In this document: positions 47,503-60,712 of the stretch, one piece after another | Numbering within the stretch: the first letter of the stretch is position 1 | How the letters are laid out: every line of letters starts with the position of its first letter | Origin: Lama glama | Taxonomy: Eukaryota | Assembly: GCA_028534125.1 (NCBI GenBank) | Contig: CM052816.1 | Span: 100,504,001-100,568,000, forward strand | Length of the DNA: 64,000 nucleotides | Direction of reading: 5' to 3' | Notes under the pieces: model-generated | What the model was told of the DNA's origin: nothing | The model's input: the letters and a program-made list of their open reading frames with translations, nothing else | Database searches by the model: none | Made by a program: the position numbers and the translations under genes

Positions 47503-49669
47503 TTACAGAAGGCCGGTACATGGGATCACTAGTTCTGCTAAAAATGCTGATCTTGTGGTTAAGCTTTGGTCCACACACCTGCGCACTGGGGTGAATTTTG
47601 ACAAACTCGGGACAGGCTTGAGGTCATTTGCCCTTGAGACGGAGCTGGAAGGAGTCTTCAGGAACACACACAGACTGCTGACTACACCTATTTTAAAAGT
47701 GTGAGAAAAAACAGATGGTCGTCCAGGAACATGTGGGTGCACAGGAAACCTTGCTTCCAGTTATTATTTTATGATAGAATAATGCATAAGGAATCTTATA
47801 TTTAATGCCTTCTATTCAGAAACTCAACTTCCAGAGGACATGGCGTAGGGAAGGGTGTGCAGGCTTTGAAGAAGCTCTAGGTCTCCTGCTGAGTTCTCTG
47901 ATGGCACTGACTTCAGTGGTCAGTTTCTGTCAGTTAAACCCTGATAGTATATTATTATTTAGGGCAAGTTAATTCACCAATGCATTGCAGCTGCTTTTGG
48001 AAAATATGTAGTTGGCCTGTGAGACCACCGCTGACCTCCCACCAGGGTGTCCCCCTGGACTCGTCCCCGGGCTCTGCTGCAGGGGCCCCATGCCCCATAC
48101 CCCAGGCGGGGTCTCCTCACTGCCCAGCAGCTCCGGCGGGCTTGCTCCTCAGGATGGGGACGGTCCCTAACGGTACCGCAGCCGCCATACCAAGCTCGGG
48201 CCAGGGGAGCCACCCCCGCCTGGGCTGGCAGAGCACATGGCATATTGTGCTGGTGGCACCAGGGTGAGTGAAGGTGAGTGAAGGTGAGTGAGGGGGATGG
48301 ATGGAAGCCAGCCCCTCCCACCGTCTTCCGTCGCACCGACCTAAAGCGGGAAGAGAACCCGATGCAGGAGGCGCCTAATCAGCACGTCTTCCTTCTCCCA
48401 TGGACGTCCGACGGCTAACTCCCAGGGGCCCACCGCCATTTTTTTGTTGTCATGAAGTCCGCCGTGGAATGGAAGGGGCTTGGGCGAGAGGGAGCCAGAT
48501 GAGTCATTTTAAGTTGGGTTGAGAGAAGCCGTTGGTTCCCCTCCACCTGAACTTACGAAACACTCAGTTCAACGCTCCCAACGCCCCACCCCGCGCTCCC
48601 CTGGCCGGGGCCCCACACGCCCCAGCCTCCAGGAAAAGCCCCTGAAAACCTCTGGTTGGAAACAGGAGCCGCCCGGGGCCAGAGCATCCTGGGCTGGGGC
48701 TGGTCCTCCCGGCGCGGCTCCAGGGCTGCGTCCCACACAGACACACACGCCTGAAGTGAAGCGGAAGGACTCGGGCTTTTTAACAAAGTAGAAACAAAGA
48801 TGTGTAAGTTTTGAAAACGTGAAAAAACGTTCAAGCCAAAGCTTGACACGTCTACGGCTCGTCGCAGTCGGTAGGAGGCAACGCTTGTGCTGGGGGATGA
48901 GACAGGCGGGGACGAAGTTGGGGACCTCCCCAGCCACACGCACTCGGGGTTTCCGCGTTCCTGACGAGGCAGGTGTGGCCCGGGCAGACCAGGCGGGGCC
49001 GGAGGGACCATGTAGGTGTGGCTCTGGACTCAGGGGTCCCTGCCCCACCCTGTGCACCCTGACCCGGCACCCAGGCAGGCCTTGTGGGGACGGTGGGTAA
49101 CAGGACTGGGGTCTCAGAGGCTGTGGGGTGTGGTGGCCTTGGGCTGGACTGGGAAGGTGACAGTGGAGATAGGACACCGGGCTTGGCGACGGGAAAGGCT
49201 CTGAGGCCAGAATGGGCAGATACGTCTGGGTGCCAGAGTGGATTTCCTCCTGCTGTTTGCTGACTCCTCAGAGACCTGCAGCCGGAGAGGAGGTCACCAC
49301 TCCTTCTGCAACGGGGACCCTTGGTTACTGTTGCCTCCCCACCGGCCGGTCTTTGGGAGGCTGGTCCAGGGTCACGCGGGGCCCCTACGTGGGTGGTGGT
49401 CGGACAGTAGCCGGTCTCCTGTCCTGGTCCTGCCTGCAGGGGAGTGCACCCTGCTTACGTGCTTCTCTGAATCTAGCAAATCCCACAAAGCTTTTGCTCC
49501 TGAAAGAGGACAGACCGCTGTGGACAAGATGAGTTCTGGCACGGAAAGGGGAGTGAGAGGCTGAAAGGTGCAGGGGTTAACGGCAGGGTCCCCATCGTTA
49601 GTTTATTGGAAAACAGTGAATTATTTATATGTTGAAAGAAAAATGGCAATTAACAATGGGAATAATCGC

Positions 49670-49850
49670 AGTAGATGGGCAGGTAGATGGGCAGGTGGGT
49701 GGGTGGGTGGGTAGGTAAGTAGGTGAGTGGGTAGGTAGGTGGATGGGTAGGTAGATAGATGGGTAGTTAGGCAGGTAGGTGGGTGGGTAGACAGAGGATA
49801 AGCAGGGATGGGTGGATGGCAGACAGACGTGTAGGTAGAAAGGATGGTGG
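49670..49850. repeat. Degenerate (GGTA/GGTG/GGAT)n tetranucleotide tract
   Basis: Repeated ggta/ggtg/gatg units. Confidence 0.9.
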
Positions 49851-51779
49851 TGACGTCTGGGGAAGACAAATGTGTTGACAACACATACAACTCATAGGAC
49901 TTATTCGAGACCTAACTCCCAGCGTTTTCAAGGGCTAATGTGATGAACGTGGGGACCGCTGTAGGGCTCACCTTGTGAGGCTTAGAGATGCTCAAAGCCT
50001 AAGCTTTGAAAAAGAAAATCAGAAACTCAGAAGGGGCTTTGAGTTCCTCTCCTGCTCCCCTCCCCTTGTCAGATTAGTCCCCTGGTCCGGCGGTGAGTCT
50101 GGTGGGGGGGACGCTGACCCGCCGCCCCAGGGCAGGCTCCCCTAGCAGATGGGTGCGTGTGCACTTCTGAGGACTCCTGCCAAGGTGCTCATCCCGGCTC
50201 AGAGTCGCCCGGCCTCCAGGACCAGCTGGAGAAAGGCCTGAGGCTGCGGAGGGGAAGTCGGTGTGAGAAGAAAGATGCTGGCGAGTTACTTTCTCAGACG
50301 TGAAGGCTTCTCATCGGCCCTCGTCCTCCGGGCAGGCAAGGGGCCTCAAGGAGCCAGGTGCCTTCCTGGGAGGCACAGGGGCCCGGTTCCACATCGCAGA
50401 GGGCACCTCGGTCCCCTGTTCCCGGGTCCACTCTGTCCGCCTGGCCTTCAGCACCTTCGGTCATCCTCCGGTCTTCCTTCCAGAGGTCGAGGGACGGTCT
50501 TGAGCAGGTCTTCAGCTTTCTGTGTGGAGACGGCTGTGCTGAGCTGACGGGGAGCCTGTCAGACACCTGGTCACGGGGCGGGTCTCCTGTTGCTCCAAGT
50601 GACGCGGAGGACTGGCTCAGATCCGCTGCTGCAGTCAGAGGTGTTTCTCCAGCTTCTGGCTGCCGGGGCGATTTGCTCTGGCCTCAGAGACCTGGGCGCG
50701 CACCCGCCAGAGGCCCCCCCACCCCGGTCTCCAGGGAAAGGTCTGCACCTGGGCCTGCTCCAGCCACAGACGGGGTGGGTGGGGGCGTGGGGACAGGGCC
50801 CCGGGCACCAGGGCGTCTGCCAAGGGCATGGGTGCGGGAAACAACGTCACGTTTTACCCTCTATTTTCAACTTCAAACCGGTGAGCCACAGACCAGTCAG
50901 CCCGCAGCCCCAGGCCCCCAGGGACCAGACCAGGTGCCGTGCAAGGGCCGAGAGCGCCAGGAGGAAGGAGGCGGGCGGGCGCATGCGGAGGTGAGCGCCT
51001 CCTTTTTTCTTTCCTGGTTTCTTTGGTTAACATTTTGCTTTCTTCCTCTCTTTTGCTTCCCATCTCATTTGAATTCTCTTCATTTTTGCTTAAGCTTTTA
51101 AAGCTATTTCCCACTCCATTTTCAGTCTCCAGTTAAAACACCCTTCTGTCCGCCACCCCCGCTTTGTCCCACCGGCTTCCTGCACAGACCGCGTTAAGCC
51201 TCTTCCCTCTCTGGCTCCCTGCTCCTTCCTGCTGTGTCTTTTTTCACGATTTTTAAAAGTCACAGCGAACCCCTGGTGGTGGCCCTCCCGCTGGGCTGGT
51301 GACAATGGGTGACAATGGCAGGCCTAGCGGCTGCTCAGAGCCTCTGCTCCACGTGGGCCTGAGGGGGAGGGGCAGGGCCTGGTGCTCCGGGAGGTGACAA
51401 AGGTCCCTTGTCATCCTCTTTCCTTACTGGAGGGGGCGGGGCTGGGCCTGGGCTCAGGCCACCTCCAGAGCCCTCTGTGGCCGCCTTTTGTGGGGAAGGT
51501 TTCCCAGAAATCCATCCCTGGCCTGACTCCCAGAGGCCGGACCCCACGTCCCACGCTGGCCCAGGCCTGGGGGCCTGCCCGCCCCACCCTCCTGGCTTCT
51601 GCATCAGGAAGCGGCACCTTGAGCTGTTTTCCAGCAGAAGAGGGTTTGACACGCCTGCCTCCAGAAGGTTAGAATAAAGGGTTCTTCCCAGTGAAAACAA
51701 CGTGCGACCCACACTGCAGCGTTAGTTATCTCATCATCTCATCAGAAGGGCACGAGCACAAATGCACAGAACGGGACTG

Positions 51780-52800
51780 ACGTGGGCCTTGAAACCACAG
51801 CAGTAAGAGCACATCTCAGGGGGGCTCAAGGCTGCAGTTCATCCTGCCCGGGGCTCGGCTGCGGGCTCAAGCTGCAGATTCGCAGGGTGCCCCTGTGGGG
51901 CGGGGGGGCTCCGCGCTGGGCCTGGGTCCCGGCTGCGCACCCGCAGGCGCGGGGAGGGGCGACTCAGGGACAGGACAAGAACAAGGGGCGGGGCACAGAG
52001 CCGAGACGCCGTTCTGCTGCCGGTGCCCGGGCAGCCGGCCTTGCCGTCACTGAGCGCAGCAGCCACAGGGATGCTCTGGACCAGACGCCGTCCCCCTCGT
52101 CCCCGCGCAGGGGAAGGACGAGAGACAACCGTCCGCGAGCCGCTCGGCGGCGGCGCTCTGTGACGAGGGACTTCTGCTCGCTGCCATGTGCTGCAGGAAG
52201 CCAGGGGCCCTTGAAGGAGTGCGGCTCCTGAATTATTGATCAATGATTAGCAAATGCAATCGAAATTGTAGACTTGATGTTGTGCGGGATCCATAATTCA
52301 TGAGCGGACAAAGTAGGAGGTGGTGGAGGCGGCGGTAGGTGATTTCAGCCCCGTATTGATTACTTACAACAACAGGAGGGAAGTGTACTGTGACAGATGG
52401 AACAAAGGCAGAGGGTCCCCGGCCGTCCATCCGCGCAGCCCGGAGCCGGGGGCACGCGGCTGCCGAGGCAAATACGTTTCTGTTGTGTCTCTTTGATCAG
52501 CGTGCTGTTTTACGAGACCAAAGGGCGCATTTGTTTATAATTTATGTGTTAATTCTCTCGCTATGAAAGATTGATGGTGCCCTGTTAGGTGCTCTGGTGT
52601 CTAAACTTCCAGACCGTTGGTGCTGTGACAGCCGGTGGCGCGGGGCTGCGGCAGCGTCCTCCTCTGTCCACAAGCCCGGAGGGCCGAGCCGGGCCGCACG
52701 AGCACCAGGACGAGAGACACGAGACCCGCCAGGACACCCGCGTCGGAAACCCGGCGGGGATGCGAGCGCAAGGTGACCCGATCCTGACCTGACCCACGGT
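51780..52800. promoter_or_regulatory. CpG island enclosing an AT-rich motif-dense core (candidate enhancer)
   Basis: CpG-dense flanks; core 52228-52600 with Pbx-Hox, Meis, Sox, TCF, Hox13 and Fox-type motifs. Confidence 0.6.
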
Positions 52801-53504
52801 CAGTTCAGCTCAGAGCAGGGGCGAGCTGTGGGTGGCCGCTTTCTCCTCCTGGGAAGCTGAGAAGAGGACCACCCTGAGCCCCCACATTCACAACAAGTGT
52901 GGACTGAAAAAGTCCCTCCTTTTAATTACAGACCTGAGAAAAGGCAATTTGGTTTAGAGCAGTGTGCGCAAGGCAGTGGGGTGATCTGGCCCCCGGGGAG
53001 ATCGAGTGAGGTCTGGGGGCGTCTGGGCTGTCACAGCTGTGACAAGGCTGCTGGGGAGCAGAGCCCCGGGAAGCCGCTCACAGCCCTGGATGCACAGGAG
53101 GCCCCGGGTGCACGCGTCACCCATCCTCCCCCCAGCCCCTCTTGGCGCCTTGACTGCCGGGAGGGAGGAGCAGAGGGAAACAGAGCCAGGCCCGCCGCGC
53201 AGGGAGACGCAGGGGGTCCCAGCCCAGGGGCTCTGGGTCTCCCCTGTCAGGGCCGGCGGGCAGCCTCAGGATGCATCCGATTCCAGCCGCCCCCCGTAGC
53301 GACCAGGCTGGCAGTCCCCCGTCCTGTGAAGTGGGGAGGACAACCGTGCCACCGGAGTGTGGCTCAGAGGCAGCTCGGGCAGAGGGGGGCACCCAGGCCA
53401 CACTCACACGCCGTGACTCTGTGTTCAGTCCCTTGTGAGCGCCGCACAGACCCTGTGCTTCACGGTAACAGTTCTGCGGTGCAGGGTCTCAGCTCTGCCT
53501 GCTT

Positions 53505-53688
53505 TTAATCTATCTGTTACCCAGCTGTCCTCGTCTGTGTCTCTCCACCATCTACTTGTCCGTCTGTCAATCACCTGTTGTCTATTATTAACCTACTGTC
53601 TGTCTATTATCTACCTACCATCCTCTCTCTTTCCATCAACCACCTCTCACCTCCCTTTCATCTATTATCTATTATCTATCTATCTGTC
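53505..53688. repeat. Degenerate (TCTA/TCTG)n tract
   Basis: tatctatctg...ctatctatctg units. Confidence 0.8.
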
Positions 53689-54959
53689 AAGATGGGTTAA
53701 AAGCTTCGACAACTCTCCTAAATCTGAGCCAAAAACAGAAATGTGGTGAGAATTGCGACTAAGAAGGATGTTTTTGGATAACTTGGTTGTGAAGATTTAC
53801 AAAACCCTGCAGGATCCGGCATCACGTGCTGTAAATGACAAGACGTGCCCTTGCAGATGGTGATTCTGAAAGTCCCTGCAAACATACGATCGACTGGAAA
53901 ATGTTCCTCAATGTGGGGAAAGCTGTGCCGGGAGCATCGGGAAATCGGCTTGAAACCCCTGCCCGCTGTTGTCTTAAAAACATAAAGCCCAGCGGGGGGA
54001 CCTGCTCGCAGGGGTCCCCACAGTCCTCCCCACGCTTGGCAGTTTCCAACTCGCGTGGATGAGGAGAGGTTGTTTGCAAACAGCTGCCCGTATCCCAGTT
54101 TTTCTAATTATTTTACGGTTAAGATCTAGGAAGTCTGCACACATCGCACAGAGCCGGTGGCTCCTGACCTTCTGAGGAAATGTTTACTGCTTTGAAAAGG
54201 TGAGCCACCCACCCGGGGCTCACGGCCCCGTGCACAGCATTCCAGGGGCTCCCGGACCCCTGGAGCCCGGACCTGGCCCCTGTGACGCAGGGCGCCTCCC
54301 GAAACCGCGGCACGGTGCCAGGGAGCCGTCTGGCACTGCGCTTCCCCGCAGAGTTCTGCAGGGCCCCCGAGGTGCAGGACTCCTGACACTCGCGTCTTAT
54401 GAACTCATCAGCATCAGGCGATGAGCGTAGCAGGTCAGAAAGAGGCTTTTTCTAGTCACTGACAATAATTCCAGGCAGTGGACTCTGAAATTTCATGAAA
54501 CATTTTTTACAACTAAAAATTCAGTACCGAAAGGCTGTCTGCTGTGTCCAGGAGACTCCGACAGTCACCTCCCGGGAGCGGCTCACCTAGGCACTAGAAT
54601 ACTGCCTGAGCAGGAGACTTCCATCTCACCAGGACTCTCGGTGCCCCCGAGGAGCCCCACAGCGTCTGGCCAGGTGTGGCTGTTCTGAAGCAGGGCTGCA
54701 AATTCCGGGACGCTCCCACCTGGAAAGGTCGTCCCTGCAGGCCCACCCCCTTGAATCTGGGCGGGCTTTCGTCTGCTCGGACCAGCAGAGAGAAGCAGAG
54801 TCGATGCTGTGAGACGTCTGAGGCCGGGTCCGGCCACCCAGCCTGCCTGCCGGGGCCCCTGGCAGCCCCGCGCTGCCTCGCCAGAATCCGGCTCCTTGAG
54901 CCCACCGTGCCTGAGGGCCACCCTGGGGGCTCAAGTCGAGTGAGAGTCCGGGATGAGCC

Positions 54960-55180
54960 GGGCTTCCAGCTGGATCAGACGTAGAGGGCGTGACCCCGAG
55001 AGCCCTGCCCGGCTGTGTGCTGGCTGAATACCCAGGGTGTCACTGTCGCAGGGAGCAGAGAGCCTCCAGCTCAGCCCACACTTCCCCGAACCACGGAATC
55101 GTGACGCATGATGAAGTGGTTGTTGTCCACCACCGGGCTTTCAAGTAGCCTGTCACACAGCAAGAGACCACTGGGTCACA
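54960..55180 (+). mobile_element. MLT1 LTR 3' relic
   Basis: cagctcagccc...ccacggaatcgtga...ggttgttgt...tgtcacacagcaagagaccactgg. Confidence 0.55.
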
Positions 55181-56659
55181 GCCAACCCCAAACTTCAGTG
55201 GGAGGGAGTCTGCGGTCAAAGGAAGCACAGGTACACTTTATTTCAAAGACGGCATTTCATCACTTCGGTGGCTTTTAGGGGCCAGCGCACAATCAGACAT
55301 TGTACGCACACGTCGCACAAGCCAGCGTCACACGTGCTTGACCTTGCCGCCTCCAGTAAAGTCTGGTGCCTTCTATTCTCACGTTTTATTTCGATTCCAT
55401 CACTAAAACGCCGGCAGAGGCCAGGCTGCTTTTGTGCTGGTTTGTCGGGAAAACCAGCCTCCCGCAATCTCGGTCCACAGGTGCAGCTGTTAACCGCTTT
55501 ATGACTTTGGGTGTAAACACTTTATTTCTCCAACACCCGCTTGGCAAGTTGGATGTCTTTAGGTGCTAGTTTTGTTGTATTTGCTTCTGGAAACGCTGGG
55601 AATGATGGCAAGGTTTCCAAGCTGCCGGGAGCCTGGCCCTTCTTGGAGCCCGGGGTGTGGGCCGGGCGACGGGGGAAGGGCCTGGGCAGGGGCCCCAGCG
55701 TTGCGCACAGGCCACCCCGGTGACGGAGTGTCCCACGTTTGTCATTCACTGGGTCTGTTTTCTGATGTCCAGTTCTGCTTACTAGGAAGAAATTGCCTCA
55801 TTTTTTATTTTACAGGTAAATTCATCATATTCAGTGATTTCCAGTCGAATTGGCCTCCTCTATAGCTGTCAAAGCTGCAGCGGCGTCCTGTCCTGTGGGA
55901 GTGACCCAGAGCCTGTGGTCACTGTCACGAGCCTTTCCCTGGGTCACCAACCCCCAAGCCCTGGCCCTGCCAGGTCCCGGCCTCACCGCCCAGGGCGCCC
56001 TGGTCTCAGCGGGAGGCCTGCCCGGCCTGGACCGTCCTCGGCTTCGTGGGCGGGCCTCGAGGGCTGGAAATCTTGCAGGGCCCCCTTCCCCGCAGACAGA
56101 CTGCCTGTGGTCCCCGTGGCTGCGGGACCCCGGCCGCTGAGACAGCCTCTCCTGCGGCCAGTGTCCCCGCTGCCCCGAGGGCCCCATGCAGAAGGGGCCT
56201 TGGCGGGGCTTCCACCCACCCAGGCTGTCGGGGAGGGACGCGGGGCACAGAGCCCCAGGCTAAGAGCCCTTCTCTGCTTCCTGCGGCGCCACTCTCCTCC
56301 GAGCCCGGGAGGACGACTTCTAGCCCCTTTGGCAGGCTGGGCGCGTGCCTCCACCTCTGCTCTTCCTGGACCAGCTCTGTGCCCAAGACCCAGGGTCTGC
56401 ATATCCAACTCATTTCAAGAACAGCACGCATATCCACTCTTCTCCAAAAACATCCTTTTGTGGGAAAAAGCTAGGTTCTTAAAGAGCAAGAAGCTCTAAT
56501 CTTTTAAGAGGACAGAGATTCTGCCTTGTGTTTTAAAATAAAGCAAAGCAAAGGGACATACAGCGAACCCAACTGTGAAACACCTGTGTTTACAAACCCA
56601 ATGCGCTTCTTTTGTCTTCCTCGGATTCTGGCATGTTCCTTCCCTGGGGCGTGGGCCAG

Positions 56660-56725
56660 CGTGTGTGAGTGTGCGTACCTGTGTGTACATGTGTGCATGC
56701 ATGCGTGTGCATGTGCGTGTGTGAG
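56660..56725. repeat. Alternating purine-pyrimidine (TG/CATG)n tract
   Basis: gtgtgtgagtgtgcgtac...gtgcatgcatgcgtgtgcatgtgcgtgtgtg. Confidence 0.8.
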
Positions 56726-57619
56726 AGTCTTGGAGGGAGACGCGAATGACTGACATTTACGAAATACAACCACCTTTTTCCTCAATAAACTGGGAGTACG
56801 AAACAAAGCCGAAAGTTGTCATGGAGACGAAGGTGCTAATTAAAAACTAGAACCTTGGGCAAGCTGACCTGAAACAAAACCAGACCTGCTATACTTGACA
56901 TGCTGGCCCCTGGCTGGGACCCCAGGCATGGTGGAGCGTCGGGTGCAGGCTGTAGACGCCCCACAGTTGACCATGGCCTCACGGGGCCTTGCGCTTGGGC
57001 GGCACCAAGTTCTGGCTCCAGGAGTTTCCCGGGATGGCTCCCCGTGGGCAGGTAGAGGCTGGGACGCGACGCCACTGAGTGTCTCCCTGGCCGTCAGGAG
57101 GTTGGGTGTGGGGAGATTTGGGGCCCTGCGGGAAATGTGCTCTTCTGGGCGGATGGCGGCTGAGACCCTCCTTTCCTCCTGGGCCTGAGCTCCTCTCCAC
57201 ATGAGACTGAGCAGGAGAAAACTTGGGAGAAAATAAATTTAACATGTATAGATGCCTGTGCCCCCGGGGATGTTACCATTCACGGTTGGCATTTGATTAT
57301 TAGAGCATCTTTATATGGCCTTTGGTCCCTGGTGGTCCAGGTTGGTCAGGAACAATAGATAAAATTTGGAATGGAAAATAGACGAGGGGCTAGTTCCACC
57401 TTGACCCACCAAGGTCGACTTGCTGCTTGGCCCGTGTGCAGACCCCGTCCGCTTTCAGCTCCAGGACGGAGCCGGGATCACACAGAGAAGCCGGGGTGGC
57501 AGCCCACCTCAGCCGTGGGGTTTTCACCAGCTGTGTCACCCAAACCTCGTCTTCTGATCTCCACTGGTTTCTAAATCTTCCGTCCATCCAAACTTGGGCA
57601 AAGGAAACAGGATGCTAAC

Positions 57620-57800
57620 ATCCCGGCTCCCTGAACACCCCGTGAGGACACACCAGACCAGGTACCAACCGGGCCCTGTGCTTTCACTCTTCAGTCTCAG
57701 AAGAACTTCCCGGCAGGCGAAGCAGTGTCACCCCCGCGCTGCACGGAGGAGACCTGAGGCTCAGGGAGGCCTCAGAGTTTCCTAAGGTCACGCCGCCCCT
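57620..57800 (-). mobile_element. MIR SINE relic
   Basis: gcacggaggagacctgaggctcagggagg...cctaaggtcac resembles the MIR core. Confidence 0.6.
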
Positions 57801-57809
57801 GAGAGGTTC

Positions 57810-58266
57810 TCATGGTGGATTTGACGTGTCCGCTGGATGGGGTCGTAAGGCACCCAGATGTCCGTTAGCGTGACTCCTGGGAGTCTGGGAGGGGGGGTCT
57901 GAGTGAGATGGAGGTCTGAATCAGTGGACAGTGGGGACCCGACGGCCCTCCCCGGCGTGGGCGCACCCCGTCCCAGCCACTGCAGATGCTGGTGGAGCCA
58001 CATGTGGGGGATGGCTGGGTTCGCTCCTCCAGCCTCAGTGTGGAGCGGGGTCACCCCTCTTCCGCCCTGTTTGATGCTGGTCCCAGGCCTCCAGACCCAG
58101 ACCGGCGTCAACACCACCGGCTCTCCTGGGTCTCCAGCTTACAGACGGCAAGCTGTGGGACCTCCGGCCTCGGTGATTCTGTGATCCAACACTTTGTAGT
58201 AAATCTCATCACATACGTCAATATTTATCCTACTGGTCTGTTCCTCCGCAGAGCCCTGACTCATAT
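57810..58266 (+). mobile_element. MLT2 (ERVL) solo LTR
   Basis: atggtggatttgacgtgtc...tgaatcagtggac...caccaccggctctcctgggtctccagcttacagacggca...atcctactggtctgttcctc...ccctgactcata. Confidence 0.85.
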
Positions 58267-58544
58267 GGTGCTGTGGGAAGGGTTTGAGCCCCGAATGCCA
58301 GGCCCAGAGGCCACGCTGCGGCCCCCGTGCTGCACGCAGGGTTCTGCATGAAATCCTGGACGGGCCGTCTTCCACAGAGGGTTCTGGAACCAACCTTGAT
58401 GTGCAGCATCTGGGGGGAGAGCCCACCAGTAACCGAGCTTCCGTGACCGAGGGGCAGCTTCTGTCCACCTTTAGGGCACGCTGGTTTCGACCGTGTTGGT
58501 TTCGAGGAAACCACCCGCCTGGTCTCCAGGATGCACTGGAGATT

Positions 58545-58715
58545 CACGTCTCTGGCTGCACGTTAGAGTCACTGGGGTTCCCGGGAAATCCAGGTGCCCT
58601 TCCCCAGCTGATTAACACGGAATCCCCCAGCCGGGGGCACTCACCCGGCAGGTGTACGTGGTTCTGTGTTTTGTAAGATTTGCAGATAATTTACTGTGTA
58701 ACCAAGTTTGAGAGC
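58545..58715. mobile_element. MER5A-like hAT-Charlie relic
   Basis: ctggctgcacgttagagtcactgggg...gattaacacggaatc...ccaagtttgagagc. Confidence 0.6.
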
Positions 58716-59039
58716 AAAAGCACATCGTGTAATCATTCATCAAATCTGGGGAGCCTGCCGTCCCCAGGAGACCGGGTGGGATGATGGCCACGGCTGGTTC
58801 CCACTGGATGGTGGTCGTGCCCCGCGAAGTCGCTGAGGAACTGACTTAGCAGGTCCGGAGCCGCGGCTTGAGGAGGAAATGCAGGTGGGGTCCCGCGGGC
58901 CTCTGGTCACAATGCCCGTCTCAGCCATCAGTGCATAACCTTGTTTAATGCGTGTTTCTGAGTAGAGGCACCGTATTGAATAGATACTGTGGACTCATTC
59001 ACGTTGGCCCCTCGGCCCCTGGCCCACGACTCAGGCCAA

Positions 59040-59700
59040 AGGCAGCTCACCCAGCAGAGGCACTTCCTGGGTGGGGCGGGCCGCTCCACCTGGGGCGGCG
59101 GGGGTGCCCTGAAACAGCAAAACCATCACCAGCGAGCGCACAGCTCCGGAGGGCCTGGCAGGGAGCGGGCTGCGGGGAGCCCGTTCACCGCAGGGCGCCC
59201 AGGCTGCTGGCGGGGCCCCGCCCTCCGGAAGGTGCATCCAGAGACCCCGAGTCTCGCGTCGCCCGGGAGGGACCCGGGAGGCTCGGTGTGGCCTGGCTTG
59301 GGGGGTTGGGGTCGCAGATGCATTTCCGCAATTAGGAGAGCTGGCAGCTGTGGACCCCGTGACTGCGGAGGTGGGCGGGGCTCTGGCTCGGGAAGCCCCC
59401 CGCGCGTGCGGACCGGGTGGCTTGACGTGCGTGATGCTGCCTCTCGGGTGGAGCTGGGGGACCCCTGGCAGGAGGGCCGAGGGGAAGCCGAGGTGCCGCT
59501 TTCCCAGGAAGCAGGGGTCAAGCGTCCCCGAGGGTCACAGTTGCACAAACGTGGCCCGTTTTTCTCTCTGAGCTCGTCTGGGGCCTCCCAGGGGCCTCCC
59601 GAGGGCGGAGGCAGGGACGGCGCAGAGGTCCGCCCCTCAGGACCAAAGGTGCTCAGAGCCACTGCGACCTGGGGTCGGCACGCCTGTGCTTGAGAGGGGG
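59040..59700. promoter_or_regulatory. CpG-rich region
   Basis: High GC and CpG density; no linked gene visible. Confidence 0.4.
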
Positions 59701-60337
59701 AAGCCAAGGGGGTGTGTGAGAGAGGGAGAGGGAGGGAGAGAGAGAGAGGGGGAGATTCATGCTAATTTTCACCAGGCATCTCTTCGGAGGTTGGAGGCAA
59801 GTCCACACTCCGATTTTCAGAAGGACTGGTGTGACTCTGGGGCACGGACAGCCTCACGAAAGCCTGGAGTCAAGTGCTCACTGGCTCCGGGCTCTCTGGC
59901 AGAGCAGCGCTGTCCGGTGGCAGCCCTGCCCTCCGCCCCTCCGGGCACAAGTTCCAGAGCGGCCCCCGAGGTGAGATCCCGTGGCCCAAGCTCAGCTGCC
60001 GCCTGCCGGGTCCCCGGGTGACCAGCCCCCCTCCCAAGTCTGTCAGGTGGGAGGGGGAGGCTGAGGCACAGCCTGGAGCCCGTCTGCTCCCCACCCCCCA
60101 CCCCTGGGAGCAGGGCCGCCTGGGCCTGTCCTGAGGACGCAGCCGCAGCTCCCGCAGCCGGTGCCCACGCTGCTCCCCTCAAAGAGGTGACACTGAGACA
60201 GTCCTGATTTGAGGATGGAAGGACGCAGGGGGCTGGAATAGCACTGATGTCATCAGCCACAGATCTGACGGCCTATCGCTGTGGGAGGACCCGGCAGCAC
60301 GAGCCAGGTGTCCTTACAAAGCGGCCTCTTTGGAGAT

Positions 60338-60497
60338 CGACAGGGTCCTACTGCACGGCACTGGGAACTATATCCAGTGCCTTACAATGGACTGTGGCGG
60401 AAAATAATGTGATATGTATGTACACGTGTGTACATAGAGCTGAGTCCCTGTGCCGCACACCTGAAACTAACACCAGTGGGACGTCGATGAAGAAAAA
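60338..60497 (+). mobile_element. 5'-truncated L1 3' end (artiodactyl type)
   Basis: ggtcctactgcacggcactgggaactatatccag...ctgagtccctgtgccgcacacctgaaactaacac. Confidence 0.8.
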
Positions 60498-60562
60498 CGG
60501 TCTCTTGGATGAACTAGAGTACAGTGTAGGCTCATTCACGCCCTCCCTTCCTCCCCCGATCT

Positions 60563-60712
60563 CCACACACATGCACACGCACACACACACTTGCACACAT
60601 GTGCAGATGCATGCACACATGCACATGCACACACGTGCACGCACACAAGCACACGTGCTGATGCATGCACATGCACACATGCACGCACACATATGCATGC
60701 ACACATGCACAC
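60563..60712. repeat. (CA/CATG/CACG)n alternating purine-pyrimidine tract
   Basis: About 150 bp of cacacatgcacacg-type units. Confidence 0.92.

Noticed and set aside
55522..55575. Minus-strand peptide PKDIQLA(K)R matches the histone H3 C-terminus (MPKDIQLARR)
   Set aside because: Only about 8 residues match; upstream sequence does not follow H3 and I see no other histone remnant, poly-A or TSD. Probably chance; tBLASTn with H3 would settle it.
58733..58742. Isolated antisense TGATGAATGA Pbx-Hox-like site
   Set aside because: Single TGATNNAT hits are expected dozens of times in 64 kb, and this one borders a MER5-like relic
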